Translations under genes and position numbers: made by a program | Source of the DNA: Candidatus Zambryskibacteria bacterium RIFCSPHIGHO2_01_FULL_46_25 | GTDB taxonomy: Bacteria > Patescibacteriota > Minisyncoccia > Phycocordibacterales > Zambryskibacteraceae | Reading direction: 5' to 3' | DNA: 64,000 bases | NCBI GenBank assembly: GCA_001825155.1 | Contig: MHVH01000005.1 | Location: forward strand, 3,528 to 67,527 | Part shown: piece after piece, positions 10,088 through 17,980 of the stretch | Layout: every line of letters begins with the position of its first letter | How positions within the stretch are numbered: position 1 is the stretch's first letter | The notes under the pieces: model-generated | Seen by the model: only the letters and a program-made list of their open reading frames with translations | The model's database searches: none | Told to the model about the DNA's origin: nothing

Positions 10088-11338
10088 ATGTTCGAGGAAC
10101 TTGCTACTCTTTTTAACCAAGAGGTTTTCTCCATTGCCCTGCGCTTTCTCTTCTCTTCGTGGCCGGTTTGGGTACCACTTATTCTCATAAATCTCGCCTG
10201 GCGCGTCTGGCTCGATTACGTAAGAAGGGCGTGGATCAGTAAGCAGGGCTACGTATTCCTCGAGATCAGGTTGCCGAAAGATGTGGCCAAGTCTCCGGCT
10301 GCCATGGAGCTCGTTCTCCAGGGTATCTGGGAGAATGCCAACATTTCCACTCCCGCGGACGCTTTCTGGGAGGGGAAACTCCGCGAGTGGTTCTCGCTCG
10401 AAATCGTTTCGATCGGAGGGCAAGTCAGGCTCTTCATTTGGGCCTTCCCGCGGTGGAGGAAGATTATCGAGTCGAGGATTTACGCGCAGTATCCGGAGGC
10501 CGAAGTCTTCGAAGCCAAAGATTATGCTCTCGATCTCAAGTACGATCCGGACAAGACTATGAATGCCTGGGGCGTCAACACCGCTCTCGTCAAGCCCGAT
10601 GCTTATCCGATCAAGACGTACATAGAGTACGAACTCGACAAGAAGACGGGCGACGAACAGGAAGAGATCGTCGATCCCATCACTCCGGTAATCGAATATC
10701 TCGGTGCTCTGAAGCCGGGCGAGGTGGCCGGCATCCAGATTCTAATTCGTGCCCACGCCAAGGAAGGCTATCTCTATGGTCGCCTCATCACCAAGGAGAA
10801 TTGGCAGGGCGATATCAAGAAGGAGATCGAAAAAATGGTCAAGGAGGAGCAGCTGGCCAAACCTGTGGAAGACAGCAAGGGCGTAACCTTCCTCAATCTG
10901 ACAAAAACTCAGACCGAAACTATCGCGGCGATACAAAGGAACGCGGGTAAGCTCGCGTTCGATACCATGATTCGTCTCATGTATGCCGCTCCCAAAGATG
11001 AATTCGAGAAAACGCGAGGCATGGGCATTATCGGCTCCATGCGCCAGTTCGGTTCGGCAAATATGAATGGCATTAAACCGATTTTCTTTACCTTCACTCA
11101 CGCCTGGCAGGACTACAAGGGTATGCGCAAGAGAGTGCGAATGACAAACTTCCTCGATGCATATAAGAGAAGAGCCTTTTTCGGCATCCCTCATTATCAC
11201 TTGTTCGGAAGGCCTTACATCCTCACGACCGAGGAGCTTGCCACTATCTTCCATTTGCCCGGAGCGGTAGCCACCACGCCGTCTCTGGTTCGCGCGCCCT
11301 CGAAGAAAGCCGAAGCGCCCGCCAATCTTCCCATCTAA
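10088..11338 (+). CDS. hypothetical protein with N-terminal transmembrane helix
   Basis: Long ORF with good coding periodicity. No recognisable motifs. Confidence 0.45.
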   Translation: MFEELATLFNQEVFSIALRFLFSSWPVWVPLILINLAWRVWLDYVRRAWISKQGYVFLEIRLPKDVAKSPAAMELVLQGIWENANISTPADAFWEGKLREWFSLEIVSIGGQVRLFIWAFPRWRKIIESRIYAQYPEAEVFEAKDYALDLKYDPDKTMNAWGVNTALVKPDAYPIKTYIEYELDKKTGDEQEEIVDPITPVIEYLGALKPGEVAGIQILIRAHAKEGYLYGRLITKENWQGDIKKEIEKMVKEEQLAKPVEDSKGVTFLNLTKTQTETIAAIQRNAGKLAFDTMIRLMYAAPKDEFEKTRGMGIIGSMRQFGSANMNGIKPIFFTFTHAWQDYKGMRKRVRMTNFLDAYKRRAFFGIPHYHLFGRPYILTTEELATIFHLPGAVATTPSLVRAPSKKAEAPANLPI

Positions 11339-12219
11339 TGAAGGATCAATCGCAGGCAGTGAAGGTTTATTTATTTCTTGTGGGGATTATCGTGCTTGTG
11401 GCTGCTGTGAGATATCTTACGCCACCCAGCGATTTTCCAACCGGTTCCATGGTTACAGTAGTGGAAGGTTCAGGACTCTATGTGCTTGCGGAGAACTTAC
11501 AAGAACAAAATGTCATACGCTCTCCCTTTTGGTTTCGCGCTGCCGCTATACTTCTCGGCGGAGAAAGAGATATGAAAGCCGGCCAGTATTATATGGAGCG
11601 ACCCCAAAATCCCTTTTTCGTCGCCTGGCGTATCCATCAGGGTCGGTACGACGTCGAGACGGTCAGGCTTACTGTGCCGGAAGGATTTACAATAAAAAAG
11701 ATTTCCGCGCTTTTTGATGAACGCTTCCCATTTTTTGATAATGCGTATTTCGAGAACTCGGCTCCAGAAGGGTATCTCTTTCCGGACACGTACTTCGTGC
11801 CAGTTACCGCGTCGGCTTCTTCGACGGTAAAGATAATGCGAGACAATTTCATCAGAAAAATTTTCCCCGTAATGCCAGAAGTGGAGGATTCTGGGAAAGA
11901 GCTTGAAGATATCATCATCGTGGCCTCGCTCATAGAAGGGGAGGCGAATAATCAAAAAGATAGGGAAATAGTTTCCGGTATTTTGTGGAAGAGGCTCAAA
12001 ATAGGCATGCCGCTCCAAGTGGACGTGGAAAAGAAGACGTACGAATTCCAGGGCTTGCCAAAAAGCCCGATCAATAATCCCGGTCTCGACAGCATAAGGG
12101 CGGCACTTCATCCCACTTCGACGCCCTATCTCTATTATTTGACCGGTGATGACGGCAACATGTACTATTCCAAGACCTTTGACGAACATGTTGCCAAGAA
12201 GCAAAAATATATCAAGTAA
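11338..12219 (+). CDS. mltG: endolytic murein transglycosylase MltG/YceG
   Basis: N-terminal TM helix. YceG-like motifs (EGYLFPDTY, …GLPKSPINNPG…). Confidence 0.85.
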   Translation: MKDQSQAVKVYLFLVGIIVLVAAVRYLTPPSDFPTGSMVTVVEGSGLYVLAENLQEQNVIRSPFWFRAAAILLGGERDMKAGQYYMERPQNPFFVAWRIHQGRYDVETVRLTVPEGFTIKKISALFDERFPFFDNAYFENSAPEGYLFPDTYFVPVTASASSTVKIMRDNFIRKIFPVMPEVEDSGKELEDIIIVASLIEGEANNQKDREIVSGILWKRLKIGMPLQVDVEKKTYEFQGLPKSPINNPGLDSIRAALHPTSTPYLYYLTGDDGNMYYSKTFDEHVAKKQKYIK

Positions 12220-13327
12220 AAAGGTTTACGTCGGACTCTCCGGCGGGGTTGACTCTGCTGTCTCAGCAGCTTTGCTTAAGGAGCAAGGTTTCGATGTGAC
12301 CGGCGTTTTTATTAAGGCGTGGCAGCCAGAATGGATGGCTTGCATTTGGCGTGAGGAGCGCCGGGACGCCATGAGAGTTGCTCTCGCGCTTGATATTCCA
12401 TTTCTTTTTTTAGATTGCGAGCGTGAGTACAAGCAGGCGGTAGTGGATAAGATGATTGCCGAGTACAAAGCGGGCCGCACACCGAATCCGGACGTGCTCT
12501 GCAATCGGGAAATCAAGTTCAGCGTCTTTTGGGAAAAAGCTCGCGAACTCGGCGCGGACTATATTGCAACCGGGCATTATGCGAGAAATCCCTCCCTGCC
12601 CCTCCCTTTGTCAAGGGAGGGGAATAAAACTGATACCCCCTTGATAAAGAGGGCTGGGGGATTGTGTGAAGGAGTCGACAAAGAAAAAGATCAAAGTTAT
12701 TTTCTCTGGATTCTGACCGAAAAGGACTTGTCCCACGTCATTTTTCCGGTGGGAGATTTGGAGAAGAGGGAAGTGCGAGAACTCGCGCAGAAATTCAAAT
12801 TACCCGTGGCGGAGAAGAAGGATAGCCAGGGTATATGCTTCATGGGTGATGTTTCCATGGAGGAATTTCTCTCCCACTATGTTTCCGCGAAGCCCGGCAA
12901 AGTTATGAACGCCGATGGAGAAGTGATAGGCAGGCACGAAGGTCTTGTCTACTACACTATCGGCGAACGGCGCGGCTTCGAAGTGACAAAAAAGAGCGCC
13001 GCGAGCGGGCCGTTCTATATTGTGGCGAAGGACCCGGACACGAATACTCTTGTCGTATCTGACAAAGAAGAAGAGATTCTGGAATTTTCTCCGACCAAAA
13101 TACTTTTGAAAAATGTTAATTGGATTAATGAGCCAGAGAATTCGGAAATTTCCGGCAGAGTCCGCTATAGGGGAGAGAAATTGCCTCTAAGGCTGTCGGT
13201 TGTGGGTCGTCGGTTGTCTGTTGAATTCAAGAATCCCGTTCCCGGCCTCTCTCTCGGTCAGTCGCTGGTCTTCTACGACGGCGAGAATTGCCTCGGCGGC
13301 GGCATCATGGACAAAGTTTTGGAATAA
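12188..13327 (+). CDS. mnmA: tRNA-specific 2-thiouridylase MnmA
   Basis: PP-loop VGLSGGVDSAV, AEYKAGRTPNPDVLCN, C-terminal GQSLVFYDGENCLGGG. Start codon uncertain; ATG 12188 overlaps the mltG end. Carries an 81-bp in-frame repeat insertion. Confidence 0.85.
   Translation: MLPRSKNISSKKVYVGLSGGVDSAVSAALLKEQGFDVTGVFIKAWQPEWMACIWREERRDAMRVALALDIPFLFLDCEREYKQAVVDKMIAEYKAGRTPNPDVLCNREIKFSVFWEKARELGADYIATGHYARNPSLPLPLSREGNKTDTPLIKRAGGLCEGVDKEKDQSYFLWILTEKDLSHVIFPVGDLEKREVRELAQKFKLPVAEKKDSQGICFMGDVSMEEFLSHYVSAKPGKVMNADGEVIGRHEGLVYYTIGERRGFEVTKKSAASGPFYIVAKDPDTNTLVVSDKEEEILEFSPTKILLKNVNWINEPENSEISGRVRYRGEKLPLRLSVVGRRLSVEFKNPVPGLSLGQSLVFYDGENCLGGGIMDKVLE
12587..12667. mobile_element. 81-bp MITE-like miniature of the DUF559 TIR element, inserted in-frame in mnmA
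   Basis: Left part (aatccctccctgcccctccctttgtcaagggagggg) and right part (cccccttgataaagagggctgggggattgtgt) match the two termini of the element at 42228..42677. Length 81 is divisible by 3. Adds about 16 aa (…NPSLPLPLSREGNKTDTPLIKRAGGLCEG…) relative to canonical MnmA between GHYAR and DQSYFL. Confidence 0.6.
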
Positions 13328-13374
13328 TAATTATAGACAGCCCAAAATACATACTGAAGTGCACAAAATCCCAT

Positions 13375-13412
13375 ATACGTTATAATTATGCGGTCGCACA
13401 ATAGTAGCGTAT
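13375..13412. promoter_or_regulatory. 38-bp palindromic element (ATACGTTA-N22-TAgCGTAT), copy 1, overlapping the start codon of the PaaX-like gene
   Basis: atacgttataattatgcggtcgcacaatagtagcgtat. Near-identical copy at 14001..14038. Confidence 0.5.
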
Positions 13413-13977
13413 GGGTAAATTAGAAGAAAAAAGCGGAAAAAGATCCAAAAGAAAGCATTTGCAATACGCCATATTTCAAACTGTTGCCGCTGTCGGGGTT
13501 TTAAGCGCGGCTGTCATGGCCCCGAACGTACTAATTGCCATGGATAAGCTCGGCTCGATTCCAAACAGAAGACAGAAAGAATATATTAGTTCATCTGCCA
13601 GTAAATTAGTCAAGCGAGGACTGCTTCACTTCGATGGCAAAAGATATCAAATGACCTCAATAGGGGAGAGTCTATTCCGGCGTTGGCAATTTGCAGATTT
13701 CCAGATCCAAAAACCTAAGAGATGGGATAAAAAGTGGCGGGTTATGATTTTTGATATCCCGGAGAAGAAAAGAAAGATCAGAAATGATCTAACCACGTTA
13801 TTTCGCGCGGCCGGCATATACCGTCTCCAAAACAGCGTTTGGGTATATCCGTATGAATGCGAGGATATCATTACTTTGCTCAAAACCGATTTCGGCATCG
13901 GCAAGTATCTTCTATATATGATTGTCGATGAGCTTGAAAATGATAAATATTTGCGTCAGCACTTCGGTCTTATCTAG
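13411..13977 (+). CDS. PaaX-family transcriptional regulator (wHTH N-terminus, Cas2-like C-terminal region)
   Basis: WDKKWRVMIFDIPE…LQNSVWVYP resembles the PaaX WDGKW hinge and the Cas2/VapD core (catalytic-Asp region, QNSVF). 188 aa. Confidence 0.55.
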   Translation: MGKLEEKSGKRSKRKHLQYAIFQTVAAVGVLSAAVMAPNVLIAMDKLGSIPNRRQKEYISSSASKLVKRGLLHFDGKRYQMTSIGESLFRRWQFADFQIQKPKRWDKKWRVMIFDIPEKKRKIRNDLTTLFRAAGIYRLQNSVWVYPYECEDIITLLKTDFGIGKYLLYMIVDELENDKYLRQHFGLI

Positions 13978-14000
13978 CTCAATTTAATTAAAAAATCCCT

Positions 14001-14038
14001 ATACGTTAAAGTCATGCGGTCGCACAAAAGTAACGTAT
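14001..14038. promoter_or_regulatory. 38-bp palindromic element copy 2 (ATACGTTA-N22-TAACGTAT), about 58 nt upstream of the ATP-cone nuclease gene
   Basis: atacgttaaagtcatgcggtcgcacaaaagtaacgtat. TATAAT at 14083 follows. Confidence 0.5.
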
Positions 14039-14095
14039 CTACACAATTGGTGATGATTTAAAAACGATATCTTTTCTATCTGCTATAATATTTCC

Positions 14096-14938
14096 ATGCC
14101 GGAAACAGCGGACACGATAACTATAATCAAGGCTTCGGGGCAAAGAGAGGCTTTCGACCCGGAGAAACTGCGCTTCTCGCTTTTAAACTCCGGCGCGTCG
14201 CAGGAGGAGGCAGAAGAAGTGTTGAAGCATCTAGAGCCGGAGCTCAAGAACGGTATGTCTACGCATGATATTTACCATCATGCGTTCTCCATTCTCACCA
14301 AGATGAGCCGCCCGGTCGCCCGAAGTTATTCGTTGCGCCGCGCCGTCATGGATCTTGGCCCGTCTGGCTTTCCTTTCGAGGATTTCGTTGCCGAGATTTT
14401 GCGGGCTCAAGGTTTCCAGTGCATTACCCGCCAGACAGTTATAGGTGGCTGTGTGCCTCATGAGGTGGATGTCGTGGCTTACAACAACAAGAAACTTATT
14501 ATGGTTGAGGCCAAGTTCCACAACGAACTCGGCACGAAGTCCGATCTCAAGGTGGTGCTCTACGTCAAGGCGCGCTTCGATGACATCAAAGACAATGTAT
14601 ATGACTACGGCGGCAATGATAGAAAAGTTACAGACAGCTGGCTTGTGACCAATACCAAATTTTCCTCGACGGCGATCCACTATGCCGAGTGCAAGAATAT
14701 GACGCTTATCGGCTGGAATTATCCGGAGAAGAATAATCTCCAAGATATGATTGAGAACGAAGGTCTGCATCCCGTCACTTGTCTTACCACGCTTTCGAAC
14801 GATGAGAAAAAACAGCTTCTAGCTGGAGGCGTCGTGCTTTGCTCGAGTATCAAGGAGAGGCCACAGGTGCTTAAGGATCTTCTTGGCTCCGCCTTCGATG
14901 CTGATTCAGTACTTAATGAAATTAACGAACTAAAATAA
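14096..14938 (+). CDS. ATP-cone domain protein fused to PD-(D/E)xK (restriction-endonuclease-like) domain
   Basis: N-terminus ITIIKASGQREAFDPEKLRFSL is ATP-cone-like. Central HEVDVVAY…LIMVEAKF fits D-x(n)-E-x-K nuclease motifs. Confidence 0.6.
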   Translation: MPETADTITIIKASGQREAFDPEKLRFSLLNSGASQEEAEEVLKHLEPELKNGMSTHDIYHHAFSILTKMSRPVARSYSLRRAVMDLGPSGFPFEDFVAEILRAQGFQCITRQTVIGGCVPHEVDVVAYNNKKLIMVEAKFHNELGTKSDLKVVLYVKARFDDIKDNVYDYGGNDRKVTDSWLVTNTKFSSTAIHYAECKNMTLIGWNYPEKNNLQDMIENEGLHPVTCLTTLSNDEKKQLLAGGVVLCSSIKERPQVLKDLLGSAFDADSVLNEINELK

Positions 14939-14957
14939 TTCGACTAACTCACTATAA

Positions 14958-15407
14958 ATGATAAATCTTTTAAATATTTCCCCCGCTTACGAACCATTGG
15001 CCTACCTTGTGCTCGCGCTTGTGCTAGGTTCGCTTCTGGGCATGGAACGCACACTTGCTCACAAGACCGCCGGCGTTCGCACTTATGGGCTGGTTTCCAT
15101 GGGTTCGGCGCTCTTCATCCTAATTGCCAAGTACGTCATACCGACAGTAGAGGCTTATAACTACGACCCTATGCGCATAGCGGCCGGAGTTGTCATGGGC
15201 ATCGGTTTTCTCTGCGGCGGGGTAATCATCTTTAAGGACTCCCAGCTCTCCGGACTTACCACGGCGGCTGGACTCTGGGTGGCCGCGGGTATTGGCATGG
15301 CAGTCGGATATGGGCTAGTCATGCTCGCTGTCTTCGCTACCGCGGCAACGCTTGTCGTCTTTACGTTGTTCTGGTTTATCGAGCATAAAATAATCTCGAG
15401 AACTTAA
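14958..15407 (+). CDS. MgtC/SapB family membrane protein
   Basis: MgtC-type N-terminus (…LGSLLGMERTLAHKTAGVRTYGLVSMGSALF…) with 4-5 TM helices. Confidence 0.8.
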   Translation: MINLLNISPAYEPLAYLVLALVLGSLLGMERTLAHKTAGVRTYGLVSMGSALFILIAKYVIPTVEAYNYDPMRIAAGVVMGIGFLCGGVIIFKDSQLSGLTTAAGLWVAAGIGMAVGYGLVMLAVFATAATLVVFTLFWFIEHKIISRT

Positions 15408-15988
15408 TGGAAGAGAGGGAAGCCGAGCTCAAGAAGATTAAGGAAGATGTGTTAAATTTGACCGCCTCTCCGCTCTATGCGTATCGTGTAGAAAATAATT
15501 ACTTTCCGGTAATTGGAGAAGGCAATCACACGGCGAAAATTATGTTCATAGGCGAAGCGCCGGGGCAGAATGAGGCCAAGACTGGCAGACCTTTCTGCGG
15601 CAGGGCTGGAAAAGTGCTGGATACGCTTCTACAGAGTATCGGCATAGACAGGAAAGATGTTTACGTCACCAATATAGTTAAGGATCGACCGCCGGAGAAC
15701 CGCGACCCCTTGCCGGATGAAATCGAACTCTACGCGCCGTTTCTCGACCGGCAGATTGCCGCCATCAAGCCGGCGGTTATCGCCACTCTCGGTCGTTTCT
15801 CCATGCAATATGTCATGAGTCGATACGGGCTTGAGTTCGAGTTTGATAGTATTTCAAAAATTCACGGGCAAGTTTTTACTGCGGACAAATTCAAGGTCAT
15901 TCCTCTCTACCACCCCGCCGCTGCCATTTATAATCAGCACCTACTCGATACCCTGAAGGAAGATTTCAAAAAACTTGCAGATTTGTAG
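15407..15988 (+). CDS. uracil-DNA glycosylase, family 4
   Basis: GEAPGQNE…GRPFCGRAGKVL motif of family-4 UDG. Confidence 0.85.
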   Translation: MEEREAELKKIKEDVLNLTASPLYAYRVENNYFPVIGEGNHTAKIMFIGEAPGQNEAKTGRPFCGRAGKVLDTLLQSIGIDRKDVYVTNIVKDRPPENRDPLPDEIELYAPFLDRQIAAIKPAVIATLGRFSMQYVMSRYGLEFEFDSISKIHGQVFTADKFKVIPLYHPAAAIYNQHLLDTLKEDFKKLADL

Positions 15989-16037
15989 GGGATGTGGGAT
16001 AATAGGGAATAGATTGCTCACACTGATTGGAGTTGAT

Positions 16038-16274
16038 ATGAGTTGCTCTCATCCGATGGCGTCGCTCCACGTGATTTTGTTCGGCTTCGAGAACAGGTAC
16101 TGTTCTCGTTGCAAAAACATCATCAACGCACACGGCGAAGTGGTTCCGGCGCCGCCGGCGCCGGTTCCGAGCTTCGTCGAGAGTTGCGAGACGATCGTCG
16201 ACATGGCGGAGTTGCCGATCAAGCTCTTCCGCCTCGGTCGGTCTCTCCTGAGAGGTCGGCGTTTCGCGAGATAA
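16038..16274 (+). CDS. small hypothetical protein (78 aa), GC-rich
   Basis: GGAG 5 nt upstream of ATG 16038. Strong intrinsic terminator directly downstream. No homology recognised. Confidence 0.3.
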   Translation: MSCSHPMASLHVILFGFENRYCSRCKNIINAHGEVVPAPPAPVPSFVESCETIVDMAELPIKLFRLGRSLLRGRRFAR

Positions 16275-16287
16275 TGATCTCGTTCGA

Positions 16288-16318
16288 AAGGCCGGGCGTG
16301 TTCGCCCGGCCTTTTCTA
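16288..16318 (+). terminator. rho-independent terminator
   Basis: GGCCGGGCG-tgtt-CGCCCGGCC followed by TTTTCTATT. Confidence 0.7.
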
Positions 16319-16337
16319 TTGTGTTATATTCATTGTA

Positions 16338-17933
16338 ATGGATTCAGCCCAAATCAGGCAGAAATTCTTGAAATTTTTTGAGGAAAGAGGGCATGCCGTG
16401 GTGCCCTCCTCCTCACTCGTGCCGGAGGGGGACTCGTCTGTTCTCTTCACCACCGCGGGCATGCAGCAGTTCAAGCCTTACTATCTCGGTTCGAAAGATC
16501 CTATAAAAGATTTCGGCTCCAAGAATACTGTTTCAATACAGAAGAGCATGCGTACTTCCGACATAGACGAAGTGGGGGATGAGAGCCATCTCACGTTTTT
16601 CGAAATGCTTGGCAACTTCTCCTTCGGCGGCTACTGGAAGAAGGAGGCTATAGAATACGCGCACGAATTCATAACGAAGGAAATGGGTTTGAAAATAGAT
16701 TACGTAACCGTTTTTGAAGGGGAGGAAGGTGTGCCGGAAGATACGGAGTCCGCGGAAATTTGGAAATCAATTGATTCGGAAATTGTTATCAAGAAAGCCG
16801 GCCGAAAAGATAACTTCTGGGGTCCGACAGGGGAAGAAGGTCCGTGTGGACCGACGACAGAAATATATGTAAATGGTCTCGAAATTTGGAATATTGTCTT
16901 CAACGAGTATTACCAAGATAAAGCTAAGAAGCTAACGAAGCTAGAGAAGCTAGGAATAGACACCGGCATGGGTCTCGAGCGCCTTGCCATGGTTTCGCAA
17001 AATGTTTCAACTCTTTTTGAAACGGATCTTTTTGCGAATATAATTTCGCGGTTGCCCGACGAAGTGCCCATAAGAATCAAGAGGATTGTCGCGGATCACA
17101 CTCGCGCTATCGAAGCCATGCTGGGAGAAAATCTCCAACCGTCGAATAAGGACCAGGGTTATGTATTGCGCAGACTGATAAGGCGAGTGCTTATGTATGA
17201 AAATAAATATGTATTTAAATACGTAATTAATTCCGAAGTTTTCGATTCCGAAAGGAAGAAATTCAATGAGACCTTGGGATCTGGCTTAAAGCAGTTCGAA
17301 AGAGGTGTTGACCCGTTCATTCTTTTTACCACCTATGGCTTTCCAATCGAGTTGACCGAAGAGATTGCAAAAGAGAAGGGAGTCGCGGTTGATAGGAAAA
17401 AATTCGATGAGGATTTCAAACAACACCAGGAGATTTCCAAAGCGGGTATGGAGCAGAAATTCAAAGGCGGTTTGGGAGGGCACTCGGACATGGAGGTGAA
17501 GCTTCATACCGCCACGCACCTTTTGCATCAGGCGCTCCATGACGTCTTGGGTGACGAGGTGGGGCAGAAGGGCTCTAACATTACGCCCGAAAGATTGCGT
17601 TTTGACTTCTCTTTCCCCAGAAAGATGACTGAAGAAGAGAAAAAGAGGGTAGAAGAGATAGTAAATAAAAAAATCGCTGCCGCCCTTCCAGTGCAACACT
17701 CGGTGTTGCAGAAAGAGGAGGCGTTAAAGACCGGTGCGCGCCACTTCTTCGACCAGAAATATCCGGACGAAGTATCTATCTACTACATTGGCGAGTCGCT
17801 CGAAAGCGCGTACTCCAAGGAATTCTGTGGCGGGCCACATGTCGCGAATATAGGCGAGTTAGGGCATTTCAGAATTACGAACGAAGAATCGTCATCAGCC
17901 GGTGTTCGCCGGATAAAAGCGGTATTGGAATAG
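16338..17933 (+). CDS. alaS: alanyl-tRNA synthetase, compact form (catalytic core plus editing domain; no C-Ala domain)
   Basis: N-terminus aligns to AlaS motif 1 region (…VPSSSLVP…FTTAGMQQFK…), FFEMLGNFSFGGY, GMGLERLA. Editing-domain HTATHLLHQALH and CGGPHV. Only 531 aa. Confidence 0.8.
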   Translation: MDSAQIRQKFLKFFEERGHAVVPSSSLVPEGDSSVLFTTAGMQQFKPYYLGSKDPIKDFGSKNTVSIQKSMRTSDIDEVGDESHLTFFEMLGNFSFGGYWKKEAIEYAHEFITKEMGLKIDYVTVFEGEEGVPEDTESAEIWKSIDSEIVIKKAGRKDNFWGPTGEEGPCGPTTEIYVNGLEIWNIVFNEYYQDKAKKLTKLEKLGIDTGMGLERLAMVSQNVSTLFETDLFANIISRLPDEVPIRIKRIVADHTRAIEAMLGENLQPSNKDQGYVLRRLIRRVLMYENKYVFKYVINSEVFDSERKKFNETLGSGLKQFERGVDPFILFTTYGFPIELTEEIAKEKGVAVDRKKFDEDFKQHQEISKAGMEQKFKGGLGGHSDMEVKLHTATHLLHQALHDVLGDEVGQKGSNITPERLRFDFSFPRKMTEEEKKRVEEIVNKKIAAALPVQHSVLQKEEALKTGARHFFDQKYPDEVSIYYIGESLESAYSKEFCGGPHVANIGELGHFRITNEESSSAGVRRIKAVLE

Positions 17934-17980
17934 TTCGACTTCGCTCACTATAAATAATAAAATAAGGTATAATTACCAAT

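Noticed and set aside
10387-10950. 187-aa Arg-rich plus-strand ORF in an alternative frame of the 10088..11338 gene
   Set aside because: Low-complexity Arg/Gly/Ser composition typical of an out-of-frame translation of a GC-balanced gene. The main frame has better coding features.
13375-14038. Two 38-bp repeats flanking a Cas2-like-containing gene considered as a CRISPR remnant
   Set aside because: Only two copies, about 590 bp apart, each internally palindromic with inverted termini and positioned at gene starts. No cas1 and no spacer-repeat periodicity. They are better explained as operator sites of the PaaX-like regulator.
14231-14770. 179-aa minus-strand ORF antisense to the ATP-cone nuclease gene
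   Set aside because: No motif. The sense strand has ATP-cone and PD-(D/E)xK signatures and a promoter with a TATAAT box.
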